In this document: positions 25,727 to 35,498 of the stretch, one piece after another | Layout of the letters: the number at the start of each line of letters is the position of its first letter | Position numbering within the stretch: position 1 is the stretch's first letter | From: a virus | Taxonomy: Duplodnaviria > Caudoviricetes | Strand: one strand, 5' to 3' | IMG/VR virus record: IMGVR_UViG_3300037042_000463 | Span: 1 to 36,745 of that record | Length of the DNA stretch: 36,745 nt | The notes under the pieces: generated by a model | Seen by the model: the letters and a program-made list of their open reading frames with translations, nothing else | Database searches by the model: none | What the model was told of the DNA's origin: nothing | Position numbers and translations under genes: made by a program

Positions 25727-26565
25727 TATACTTGTCTTGATAAAGTTGTTTGATATGCTTGCACAGCTGTGTAAAAGTTAGTTCTTTCAGTTGAATTTAA
25801 ACCGTCTCCTATTGAACTAAATGCACATTGTCTATCAGTGTAATTTACTATTCCAGCATTATCAGGTGAATTTCTGCCACCTATCCAATAACTCATAACT
25901 GCTGGTGTTGGAGTAACTGAAGCGTCATTACTTGTATTACTTATACTTCCGTTTTTATCTAATGTTTGAACTGTTGAATTTGACCTATTAGCAATATAAA
26001 ATCCTCTTGTATCTGCATTTGTTGTTGTAGTAGCTACATTATTTGACTGTATTAATCCAAACGAAGCGTTATCTCGTGAGATTGCAATTGCTGAGGCTGA
26101 TATACTTGGAGTTAATTTAATGTATCCCATTTCAACTTTAAACTGCCCTACACCACCAGCCGTATTGCTTCTTGAATAATAAGATAAATGTCCGCTATTT
26201 TGAGCAATTAAATCAACTTTTAAATTAGTATCAGCATAAGCACTTGTTCCATTTGGTAAAGCTCCAGTACTTGAATGAGTCCAACCTGTACTAAATGTTA
26301 AATTATAAGTTCCTGGTGTTTTAAGATTGACCGCATGGCTTGAAGCCGAGCCTCCTACTATTGGATATATTGCTTTGAATTTTGTCCAAATTGAATAACC
26401 TTTCAAAGCAACTACCAAAGTATTAATAGCACCTTGTTGTGTAGGATTAGTGATACCTGCAGCTGTAATGAATGCCTGAGCATCTGGGTCAACTCCACCT
26501 CCTGATGCAGTCCTTGCTAATATTCCATGTGTTGCTAAAAACATACTATTCCCGTAGCCTATCAT
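25726..26565 (-). CDS. Putative virion adhesin / lectin-like (LamG-like) protein
   Basis: DPDAQAFITAAGIT N-terminus and a Ser/Thr/Asn-rich beta domain. Confidence 0.6.
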   Translation of the reverse strand: MIGYGNSMFLATHGILARTASGGGVDPDAQAFITAAGITNPTQQGAINTLVVALKGYSIWTKFKAIYPIVGGSASSHAVNLKTPGTYNLTFSTGWTHSSTGALPNGTSAYADTNLKVDLIAQNSGHLSYYSRSNTAGGVGQFKVEMGYIKLTPSISASAIAISRDNASFGLIQSNNVATTTTNADTRGFYIANRSNSTVQTLDKNGSISNTSNDASVTPTPAVMSYWIGGRNSPDNAGIVNYTDRQCAFSSIGDGLNSTERTNFYTAVQAYQTTLSRQV

Positions 26566-26828
26566 AATACAATAGTAACTGATCCACTTGTTAACTTAAC
26601 ACCGCTAAACTTCTGAGCTGATTTAGGTCTAATGATAGCACCTGCCTTAACTGCTGTTGCAGGAGCTGCTATGTATGTTGACTTAACATCTGTTCCTGCT
26701 ATCTTGATAAGGTTAAACACTGTATCCTCAAGCACTACAATAGCATCAAAGTTACCTGTGTACTCAGTTGTGTTATTCAAGATATAAGTACCTTGACCTG
26801 CTATTAAAATTTCATTATCTGTTGCCAT
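26562..26828 (-). CDS. Small virion structural protein
   Basis: 88 aa, beta-rich, C-terminal VKLTSGSV. Confidence 0.6.
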   Translation of the reverse strand: MATDNEILIAGQGTYILNNTTEYTGNFDAIVVLEDTVFNLIKIAGTDVKSTYIAAPATAVKAGAIIRPKSAQKFSGVKLTSGSVTIVL

Positions 26829-26840
26829 TTTATTTATTTA

Positions 26841-28154
26841 TTATGTTGTTAAATCTCCTGCTAAATACCACTCATTAGTATCTCTCTTTATCAATGTAGC
26901 CATAGCATATTGTGCGGCTGTCTTAGTCTTACCTCCTGAGCTTCGTAGTGTTACTCCTGTATCAGGTACTACAGTAACTTGACCTGCCCCATATTGTGAT
27001 AGTATTATCTGAGCACCAATAGGGAAGGGTTGAGCTGTGTTAGTTGGTATGATAACATTGTTACCTGATGAGAAGTTAAGCTCTATAAATTTAGAGTTAT
27101 CTCCTGTTACTAATGTATATTGTACAGTCTTAGTGTCAATAGTTACATTTTTTGGAGCTTTCTCATTAAAAGTATTCCAATCAGTTGTGCTCAATGCTCC
27201 TCTATTAGTAGCTGATGCAGTAGGCAAATTGAATGTGTGAGTACTTCCTGTTGAGTTAATACCAAAATCTGTCCCACTTGTTCCTGTTGCAAAGTTTTGA
27301 ACTTGGTCAGTTAACCCATTCAATGCTGTTAAGCCTGTTGTAAATGTTGTTATTACTTGACAAAGGTGATTATCTTCTGTATGTAATGTAATCGTGCGTC
27401 CTGCAGTAGTTACATAAACCCTAATAGCTAATCTATCAGTCGCTAATAAAATAGTTTCAGGAACACTTAAAGCTGTAAAATAAGCATCTATTGTAGTTCC
27501 ATTCGTGATACCTTCTGGGTTTGCAGAATTTGAAGCTAATAGAGTAAAGGTAGTCCCATTGTATTTATAAAGCTCTGCATAAAATGATGGATTACTTCCA
27601 TTACTTGAAGCTGAAAAATAAAACTCTAAATTCCAATTTCCACCTGGTATCTTTAATAAATTAGGGTCATTTGCATCTGTTAAGAATGAAGCAATATAAC
27701 CATTTCCCGCTCCATTTGTGCGAATGAAATCTGTGCCTGATCCCAATATTGGAGTCTTATTCATTTCATAATAAGTAACGCCACCTATTGTGCCTTGACT
27801 TATTGAGCCGTTTAAATAGTAACTTGTTGAAGCTCCACCACCTGAAACAGAGGGGAAATTTGCAAGGCTGCCATCACCTCTAACATATTGTGAAACAACG
27901 CCTGCACCTGTAACTGCTAATGTGCCAGCTGTTGTTATTGGATTGCCAGTTACTGTGAATGCAGATGGCATAGTTAAATCTACTGATGTAACAGTACCTG
28001 TGACTGCAGCTGCTGCATTTATTATCTCCTGCCCTGTGATAGAACGTGTCTCATATCCTGAGCCTGTTTGAACACTTACCTCAAGTAAGTCAGTAGGATC
28101 AAGGTCTGCTCCATTAGGAGTCATCTGAGATATTTTTTGCCTATTGATAGCCAT
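26841..28154 (-). CDS. Tail fibre-like protein
   Basis: KISQM start, GTVTSV, QYVRGDGSL, FNLPTASATNRGALS and C-terminal ATLIK...WYLAGDL fibre modules. Confidence 0.75.
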   Translation of the reverse strand: MAINRQKISQMTPNGADLDPTDLLEVSVQTGSGYETRSITGQEIINAAAAVTGTVTSVDLTMPSAFTVTGNPITTAGTLAVTGAGVVSQYVRGDGSLANFPSVSGGGASTSYYLNGSISQGTIGGVTYYEMNKTPILGSGTDFIRTNGAGNGYIASFLTDANDPNLLKIPGGNWNLEFYFSASSNGSNPSFYAELYKYNGTTFTLLASNSANPEGITNGTTIDAYFTALSVPETILLATDRLAIRVYVTTAGRTITLHTEDNHLCQVITTFTTGLTALNGLTDQVQNFATGTSGTDFGINSTGSTHTFNLPTASATNRGALSTTDWNTFNEKAPKNVTIDTKTVQYTLVTGDNSKFIELNFSSGNNVIIPTNTAQPFPIGAQIILSQYGAGQVTVVPDTGVTLRSSGGKTKTAAQYAMATLIKRDTNEWYLAGDLTT

Positions 28155-28186
28155 ACCTATATTGTAATTAACTTATGATTCTGTTA
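28152..28186 (-). promoter_or_regulatory. Putative late promoter 5 (TAACA-N15-TACAATATAGGT-ATG)
   Basis: Exact core at 28152-28166. Confidence 0.8.
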
Positions 28187-28619
28187 TAATAGGAACTTGA
28201 CAATCTGTCCAATTACTCATGTCAACATCTAATGTCATGACCCACCCTGCTGCATAGTCTAATACTTGATTATTCAATGGCACTATGGAAGGAGTACCTA
28301 AGATATCAAAACTATAGTCATCGCTAAATGTAAAGTAGTTAACTAAGTCAACTAATATCTGATGGCAGTCTGATAGTATCACAGTGATGTTAGCTCTATC
28401 CTTTTGAATGATGTCTAAGCATGTGATCTCTAAGCTCACTGTATTAGTGTTCTCAGTTGCTATGGCTGTGATTGGTGCTATGAACACAATAGGATACTTC
28501 TCATCCTTTGTGGCAAAGTTAGGCATCTGCTCTGCAAAATCACTACCTACTTTTTTAACTTGTAGATGTGCGTTATAGAATGCCTCTATCTTGTTTATTA
28601 ATGCTTGATAACTTGTCAT
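28173..28619 (-). CDS. Putative tail terminator / completion protein
   Basis: 148 aa. YPIVFI...LSDCHQILVD...AGW pattern. Confidence 0.55.
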   Translation of the reverse strand: MTSYQALINKIEAFYNAHLQVKKVGSDFAEQMPNFATKDEKYPIVFIAPITAIATENTNTVSLEITCLDIIQKDRANITVILSDCHQILVDLVNYFTFSDDYSFDILGTPSIVPLNNQVLDYAAGWVMTLDVDMSNWTDCQVPIITES

Positions 28620-31186
28620 AGTTCTGCGTTCTTTTGTATCTTATTTACTTTGTTCTGTACGTTGGTCATCTCAGTCTCACTCACTATAGCATTGACTGTG
28701 ATAGTCTGACCTCCTCCCTCTTGGTTCGGGTTGCCTACATTATTAAGTTGGTTACCTTGACCGAATAGACTAACTGATGGAGTAGCCATGCCTGCTGTTG
28801 TGCTACCTCCACCTGTGAAACTATTTGTATCTGCAGTTGGAGCATTACCTCCACCCTCAAAGGATGTGCTTGCTATTGTTGCCAAACTTGTTGCCGTTGA
28901 TATTACTGAGCCAGCTATTGCAGCTGCCATAGCAAAACCTCCATCAAACTTAGGATATTGAGCAAGGATTGAAGTAATGGCTTGAGCACCATTGATAACA
29001 GCCATTGCTAACTGCATTTTTTTCTGTTGCTCAAATTGTTGCTTAAGTATTTTCTCCTCTTCCTTACTTCCTTGCTGTACTCCTTTAAGTTTCTTTTTTG
29101 TGTTAATATCTTGTATTGATGCAATGGCTCCAGCTGCTGTTGTAGCAAGTTGAAATCCAGCCTCAATATTTGCATTAAGTTTCTCTCTTGCTTTCTCATC
29201 TATCTCAACTAACTTAGCGGCCTTAGTCTCTTCTGCTACTATTTCAGCTTGACGATATTTTTCTTTGATGGCTGCTATCTCTGACTCTGATAAGTCTTTT
29301 GCTGCAAGCTCAGCAGTTCTTTGAGCATCAAGTGTATCTAATGTAGTTTGAAGGAATGCCTCATTTGCTGCAATCTCTTCCTCCTTAGTGCCCTTAAATC
29401 TCTCAAGTTCAAAGGCTTCCTTAGATAATTTAGTTTCTGATGCAAGTTGTGCAGCTGCTAAAATCTTTTGTTGATTCTCAATCTTTTTAGCTGTGATTTG
29501 GTCATCAATTTCTTTTAACTTTTTAGCAGTCTCATCCTCAAGCAATCCTCTCTCCTCTGAGCCTACCTCAAGTGAGTCCATCTTTATCTTTGCCTCTGCT
29601 GCAAGTAGTTCCTTTTGTGCCTCGAATTTAGCAATGTCATCTGCTGCATTGAGCTCTTTTCTTTTCAACCTTGCAATTAACTCCTCATTCTCTGCCTTCT
29701 CTATATCCGCTGCATTTTTATCTCTTGCTTTCTTAAGGTCATTATCAATCTTTGCAAGTGCTGCCTTTTGATCAACTTCCTTTTTATAGATTTTAGCAAG
29801 ATTATCAAACAAATATTTTCTCTCAGCTTCAAGTTGTGTTATGCGTAATTCTCTAAGCTCTTGCTCTGACTTACCTGCATTCTCTGCCTCTTGCAAAGCT
29901 ACCTCATTTTTTTTGCGTAGGTCAGCAAGTGCCTCAGAATATTTATTCTTTACCTCTTTATTAGTAGTACTTACACTTGTTGTGGTAGCCTTAGCTGCTG
30001 CTGCATTACCTTTGTTAGTTATCTCTAACTCCTGTCTTTTAAAGTCCTGGATAATCAAGTTCTTTAATTGTTGAGCCTTAGCAAGTGCAGTACTATCACC
30101 TAACTGCTGAGCCTCTTTAATCTGCTGCTCAACCTTAGCAAGTGCCTCCTTCTGTTGTATGTCAAGCATTGCCTTAGCACGCTCAGACTCTCCCTTGATT
30201 TGCTTGGCCTGTAGTAACTCAATCTGCTTATCTAAGCTGACATTGAGATTCCTTATAGCGTTAATCTTGTTTATCTCATTCTGCACTTGTTGATTAGCCA
30301 AGTCTGCTTGAGTTTTAGTCAAGTCAGCTAATCTCTTTTTATCCTCATCTGTAAGTTCCTTCTTTAAGTTTAATGAGTCAATCTCAGCTTGATTGATAGC
30401 CATGTCGCCCTCTATCTGTTCCCTCTTAAGGTCAAATATACTTTGACTTGTATCTATCTGGATTCCTAACTTCTCCTCAATAGCAGCTATCTCCTCATCG
30501 CTTAAGTCCTTAGTAAGGTTATATAGTTCCTGCCTTGCTTGACTCTCTGCCTTAAGGCTCTCTCTATTTTTCTCACTTGCCTCTTTAACTGCCTCAGCAT
30601 TTTCCTCTGCTGCATTATCTGTTAAACCCATCCAATCAGTCAAGTCCTTAAATCCTTGTATCACTGCATTGATAGGTATCATGATTGCCTCTAAGATAGC
30701 ATCAAGTACTCCTATCTTTTTTAAGAATATACCAATGGCTACCACTATAGCAGTGATGACTGCCACTAATAAAAAGATAGGATTCATTAAGATGGTTGCT
30801 CCAAGTTTTACGAATGCTCCACCGACTGTAGATAGAGTACCCATGAACCCCTTGAAGCCTTTGGCTAAGTCTCCAGGATTGAGCTTTCCCATTACATTGC
30901 TAAACACTTGAGCCTTCTGTTGTGCCTCCTCAAAGTCTAAGCTCATTAATGAGTCCTTAATACCTCCGATAGAGTTACTAACCTGCTCAAATTTAGAGCC
31001 TGATGCAAATACATTCACTGCATCATTAGCATCCTTAAGTTGGTCTTTAAGTTCTCCTGCTCTTGCTGAGAGTTGTGCTATTTGTTCGGGATCAGTGGCA
31101 TCTGCAATAGCTCCTTTAAGTTCTCTAAGCTCTGCCTTGATAGCACCTATCCCCGTTATCTTTAATGGTATTTCAACTTCATTCAT
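28616..31186 (-). CDS. Tape measure protein (allele B)
   Basis: 856 aa, Ala/Glu/Lys-rich coiled coil with hydrophobic NPIFLLVAVITAIVVAIGIF segment. Confidence 0.85.
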   Translation of the reverse strand: MNEVEIPLKITGIGAIKAELRELKGAIADATDPEQIAQLSARAGELKDQLKDANDAVNVFASGSKFEQVSNSIGGIKDSLMSLDFEEAQQKAQVFSNVMGKLNPGDLAKGFKGFMGTLSTVGGAFVKLGATILMNPIFLLVAVITAIVVAIGIFLKKIGVLDAILEAIMIPINAVIQGFKDLTDWMGLTDNAAEENAEAVKEASEKNRESLKAESQARQELYNLTKDLSDEEIAAIEEKLGIQIDTSQSIFDLKREQIEGDMAINQAEIDSLNLKKELTDEDKKRLADLTKTQADLANQQVQNEINKINAIRNLNVSLDKQIELLQAKQIKGESERAKAMLDIQQKEALAKVEQQIKEAQQLGDSTALAKAQQLKNLIIQDFKRQELEITNKGNAAAAKATTTSVSTTNKEVKNKYSEALADLRKKNEVALQEAENAGKSEQELRELRITQLEAERKYLFDNLAKIYKKEVDQKAALAKIDNDLKKARDKNAADIEKAENEELIARLKRKELNAADDIAKFEAQKELLAAEAKIKMDSLEVGSEERGLLEDETAKKLKEIDDQITAKKIENQQKILAAAQLASETKLSKEAFELERFKGTKEEEIAANEAFLQTTLDTLDAQRTAELAAKDLSESEIAAIKEKYRQAEIVAEETKAAKLVEIDEKAREKLNANIEAGFQLATTAAGAIASIQDINTKKKLKGVQQGSKEEEKILKQQFEQQKKMQLAMAVINGAQAITSILAQYPKFDGGFAMAAAIAGSVISTATSLATIASTSFEGGGNAPTADTNSFTGGGSTTAGMATPSVSLFGQGNQLNNVGNPNQEGGGQTITVNAIVSETEMTNVQNKVNKIQKNAEL

Positions 31187-31187
31187 A

Positions 31188-33968
31188 TTAGTAAACTCTT
31201 ATTTCGATTGTGTTATAATCAAGCATATTGTCTTGCCCTGTATTGGTGAAGTCATAAGTAATTATTTCAATAATATCTGCAGAGACTCTAAAAATAGCAA
31301 CATAGTTATTCTGTTGACTGTTGCCTAAATAAAGATATAGTTTATCTTGGTCAGGGAAAGCACCTGTTAATGTACCTTGATACCTACCTGCTGATACCCT
31401 TGCCCAAACTATGTCACCTATTGTATTCTCAAGCACCGTTACTATAGGGTCTGCTGTACCTGCTTGACTAATATTAGCTATGTACTTCTTATAGTTAACC
31501 ACAGGAGCTCCATTGATACTATTAGTCACAGTCAAGTTAGGCACTACCATACCATCCTGCTCAAGTATCTGTCCATCTCCAATCACTACTCCCTTAACAC
31601 CTGGACTCACAGCGTTGCCCTTACCAAAGATTAGAACATCTGAGCCAGGTACCACTACGTTGTTAACTTGAGCACTCTGCTTAAATACCTCATTATTACC
31701 AACTGCCACGATAGTGTCTCCAATAGGCTTACCTGCTGCAGTCTTATAAGGTGCTAAGTCAATCTCAGTATCAATACTAATTAACTCTACCTTTGTGAGG
31801 CTGTTGTTATTAGCGTTGTAATCCTGCACCTTGTTAATGTTCCACCATGAGTTATCAATGTATATCTTATCATTGAGCTTGAGAGCTTGGATATCAACCT
31901 CACTCAAGTCAAAGAATGCTATCAACATCTTACCTACGTTTATCTGATTGACAGTCCTCCTCCAATATAAGTTGTAAAGGTTGTTAGCTGTCAGTGTTGC
32001 TACCTCATAAAAATAGTAGTCATTAGTGCCAAAGTTAATATCAAAGGTAGGATACAACGGGTCATTAAAGTGGCCAAGCATAGGATAGTCAGTCAAGCCT
32101 ATCTCTCCTGTTGTGCCAAAATCTATGATGTCAAATGGTTGGCAAGTACCTAAGCCTCCATCATACAAGATGCGGATGTTAGTGTTAGGTGCAGCTCCAT
32201 TGATTGCAGGAACATAAGCTCCAAATAATGTCTTATACACAGGGGTGGGTGAGAATAGTAGCTCCTTAGTATCTACATCCTTGACATATTCATTGTCAAA
32301 AGTATATTCTATTTGACCGTAAATTTCTCCTGTGGCCTGTGTGTATAACACATTAGACTGATCCTCATCAGGTGCATAGGTGAGCTTAAGTTTTTTCTTA
32401 GTCACATCAGGAAGGAACATCAACTCTTGAGCCTTATCCTTCGCTAACTTCTCACTCCAATCCTTCTCAGCTCCTGAGTCATAATACTCATCTCTATGTC
32501 TTAGGATGAGGTTGTATGGATTGTCAATATCCTGCTCAACGTATAAGTTGTACATCTGGAATATTGACTTAACAAAATCTGATTGCTTAATCTCAACAGG
32601 AACATATGAGTTCATGATTAGAGTACCTCCTGTAGTCTGCACGTTTTGACTTGGCAGTATCACCATAGTGATAGATACTAAGTCAAGAACAACATTAACA
32701 TCTACAGCTGTGAAACCTCCACCTGCTGCTATCCAAATATTAGCTCCATTACTGTTAGCACTACCATAGGTCTGAGTTACCTCCACACCTATTGATAATA
32801 TCTGTATGTCATTAGGGTCTATTGCTAAGTTAAAAGGGTCATTTGTTAATGCAGGAATGCTAAGAGATTCAGCAAATGTCAACACAGTAGTGTTACCTGT
32901 TGGTAATGGTGAGGCTGCAGGGTAGTAAGCCACTCCACTTGTTGAGCCATATACTTTTAGGTTGCCAAGTCCTGCCACATATACCTGAGCAAATACTCTA
33001 TATTTATTTTTAACTATGTATCCTCCTGCTATATACTCAAGTACTGCATTACCTCCACTATTATTATCAAGGATAATGCTGCCTCCAATCTGTAGCTCAT
33101 AAGTATAGTGCTCACCTGCAAGAGCATTAGTGCTAAATGGTGAAGTGTACTCACCTGTCAAAGGGTCATATAAATTTTGAGTGTCAATCACCTCTGTCCA
33201 TCCAGAGTCAATATCCTCTTGAAATGTATAGTTCACTCCTGTGCCCTGCACATAACTTGTAGTCCATGTGTTAGTGGCTTCCACTCTGTAGTCAGCATAA
33301 TCAAAGTTATTAACATCCCCATTGTAAGGTATTAACAACTTATCAAAGTGAGCATCTGTTAAACCTGCCCAAGTATATGTAAATCCTGCCACAGCAAATA
33401 TCCTATCAAAGTATGTCTTAGCATATATAGCAGGTTTGAACTCATTAGCTTGATAGATATTTGTTCCTGTACATACAGGCATTACATATTTATATCCATC
33501 TGCCACAGTGTTGCTGAATGTAGCCGCTATATCAGTTGATGAGAATGTGTGATCTAAGTCTGAGAAATCTAAGTCATCAAGATTAGCATTAGTGATAGCA
33601 CTAAAAAACTCAGCTCTACTATCTTTGATGAGTACAGTGTAATTAACCTCCTCCTCATAAGCATTAGTGTACTGAGACTTATTAACACTTACCAACTGCA
33701 ATAGTGCATCATCTAAGATAGGCACTCCATCCTGTATCACTTGACATCGAGTCAACGTGTTGATGTTAAAGCTACCTGCCTGAATGTTCACATCATAGTA
33801 GTGTCCTAATAGCTCATGGTTGTTCTTAGTTCCTTCAAGTGTGATGGTCTTAGAGAATGTCCCCTTCCTTGCAGAGAGGTCTCTAATATCTCCCACGTTA
33901 AACGTGATAGGGAAGTTAGTCTTCTCAGATACATCTAAGACTCCTGTCTCAAGTACTATCTTAACCAT
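31188..33968 (-). CDS. Large tail tip / hub-like protein (allele B)
   Basis: Identical to 932..3712 except two nearby substitutions and the last ~100 aa. Confidence 0.7.
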   Translation of the reverse strand: MVKIVLETGVLDVSEKTNFPITFNVGDIRDLSARKGTFSKTITLEGTKNNHELLGHYYDVNIQAGSFNINTLTRCQVIQDGVPILDDALLQLVSVNKSQYTNAYEEEVNYTVLIKDSRAEFFSAITNANLDDLDFSDLDHTFSSTDIAATFSNTVADGYKYVMPVCTGTNIYQANEFKPAIYAKTYFDRIFAVAGFTYTWAGLTDAHFDKLLIPYNGDVNNFDYADYRVEATNTWTTSYVQGTGVNYTFQEDIDSGWTEVIDTQNLYDPLTGEYTSPFSTNALAGEHYTYELQIGGSIILDNNSGGNAVLEYIAGGYIVKNKYRVFAQVYVAGLGNLKVYGSTSGVAYYPAASPLPTGNTTVLTFAESLSIPALTNDPFNLAIDPNDIQILSIGVEVTQTYGSANSNGANIWIAAGGGFTAVDVNVVLDLVSITMVILPSQNVQTTGGTLIMNSYVPVEIKQSDFVKSIFQMYNLYVEQDIDNPYNLILRHRDEYYDSGAEKDWSEKLAKDKAQELMFLPDVTKKKLKLTYAPDEDQSNVLYTQATGEIYGQIEYTFDNEYVKDVDTKELLFSPTPVYKTLFGAYVPAINGAAPNTNIRILYDGGLGTCQPFDIIDFGTTGEIGLTDYPMLGHFNDPLYPTFDINFGTNDYYFYEVATLTANNLYNLYWRRTVNQINVGKMLIAFFDLSEVDIQALKLNDKIYIDNSWWNINKVQDYNANNNSLTKVELISIDTEIDLAPYKTAAGKPIGDTIVAVGNNEVFKQSAQVNNVVVPGSDVLIFGKGNAVSPGVKGVVIGDGQILEQDGMVVPNLTVTNSINGAPVVNYKKYIANISQAGTADPIVTVLENTIGDIVWARVSAGRYQGTLTGAFPDQDKLYLYLGNSQQNNYVAIFRVSADIIEIITYDFTNTGQDNMLDYNTIEIRVY

Positions 33969-35466
33969 TGATTATGTCGTTATTAGATAACCTTACTTGT
34001 ATTGACTGCTTGATTAGGTTGTTGTTTCTTTGCTTAAATACTTCAAAGTTTGTGTTAAGTACATTACAGCTTACATACTCAGTTGACTCAGGGATATGTA
34101 TGATACATCCACTCTCATCATAGAGATTATCTAAGTCCTCTGTAATTCGATATACTACGTTTTTAACATAAGTCTGAGGAGATGTTAACAACTGCTGAAA
34201 GTATGTACCCTCTGCCTCACTCATCCAATTAGTGTTAAGGTCAAATGTCTTAACTACTTGAGTATTGAAATTAACTTGCCCTTGTTCATAAGTTTTATAC
34301 TTCCACTGAGATGAGGTAACATATCCTGGCACATCCTTATTGTATGTATCTCTCTTGATAGTTCCCTTCTCATAGCTCTTAAGTTGGAAGGCAAAGCTAC
34401 TCCATGAGCCCATCCTATCTAAGAATAAGATATGACTCTCAGAGATTAATGTCCTTGTATCTATGTTCACCTTATAGCTCACTGACTTAGGGTCAACAAA
34501 TCCAGGAGCTCCATCTCGATATGTTACTGTGTAATACTTAGTGTCCTGCTTAACAAGTGGAGCTGTGCCACTCACTAAGGTAAGTGATCCATAGTTATTA
34601 GGGCCAACTGCTACTCCTTTCATATATTCAATTCCACTCACTGACTTGTAGAACACATCCCCGTCATCATTAATGAAGTACACCCTCTTGTTAAGTGCTA
34701 TGCCTACATCCTTAAAGTTAAGCCATAAGTCCTGCCCAAGTGTACATGTGAAGTTCAAAGGTTGGTCAGTGAGCCACAGTCCAGATGTGTTATCAAGAGT
34801 GTAGTCAGTCTGATCATAGAACGGCATGTCTATCCAAGGAATAGCTCCATTGAATACATACTTGTCTAAGGTGCTAATCTCATTGAGGTTAATGTCCTTC
34901 CTATTGTCAGCATATTTGATTGAGCCATTCTCAGTCGCATCAGTAACCTCTGACCATAGAGCATTGATAGTGAATGATGTTGTGCCTGTTACAGCTATCA
35001 CAGTGTGCAGTCCTTCCACTCCTGGATTAGCCACACCTAAGTCTGCCTGTGTAATGTTGAGCTGGTCACCCACAGCAAAGGGGTGAGCAGCTGATGGGGT
35101 TATTTCAACATTGCCGCTATCATCTGACAATGAGGCTGTGTACCCCAACGTGAATATGTACTCCTCTCCAATCTTAATGTCATACTTATAGTATGAGTTA
35201 GCTGCATCATAGAAGGTTGTGATTGTAGGGTTGAAGTCATAGCTTACCATGTTACTCAAGAGCTTGCTCAAGTCCTGCTCCCCATAGCCTGTGCCAAAGG
35301 TAGGCAGTGCCTTATAGTATCCTATCCTGGTTGCTGTGCCTGACTCGAATACCTCAAAGATATATCGGAAGCCATCATTATTGACATTAGTTGAGTTAAC
35401 TATGAACTTGCACTCATTGTAAGCAGGAGTGAAATCTTGAGGTTCTGCTATGATTGTCATTGCCAT
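33961..35466 (-). CDS. Tail protein (second copy of 3705..5210)
   Basis: Identical translation. Confidence 0.6.
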   Translation of the reverse strand: MAMTIIAEPQDFTPAYNECKFIVNSTNVNNDGFRYIFEVFESGTATRIGYYKALPTFGTGYGEQDLSKLLSNMVSYDFNPTITTFYDAANSYYKYDIKIGEEYIFTLGYTASLSDDSGNVEITPSAAHPFAVGDQLNITQADLGVANPGVEGLHTVIAVTGTTSFTINALWSEVTDATENGSIKYADNRKDINLNEISTLDKYVFNGAIPWIDMPFYDQTDYTLDNTSGLWLTDQPLNFTCTLGQDLWLNFKDVGIALNKRVYFINDDGDVFYKSVSGIEYMKGVAVGPNNYGSLTLVSGTAPLVKQDTKYYTVTYRDGAPGFVDPKSVSYKVNIDTRTLISESHILFLDRMGSWSSFAFQLKSYEKGTIKRDTYNKDVPGYVTSSQWKYKTYEQGQVNFNTQVVKTFDLNTNWMSEAEGTYFQQLLTSPQTYVKNVVYRITEDLDNLYDESGCIIHIPESTEYVSCNVLNTNFEVFKQRNNNLIKQSIQVRLSNNDIING

Positions 35467-35498
35467 ACCTATATTGTATTTGAGTTGGTATCCTGTTA
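35464..35498 (-). promoter_or_regulatory. Late promoter 1, second copy
   Basis: Duplicate of 5208-5242. Confidence 0.8.

Noticed and set aside
305-31328. Short plus-strand ORFs in the track (e.g. 305..664, 4570..4830, 14339..14593, 17624..17968, 29493..29771)
   Set aside because: Antisense shadows of well-supported minus-strand genes, with no recognisable motifs.
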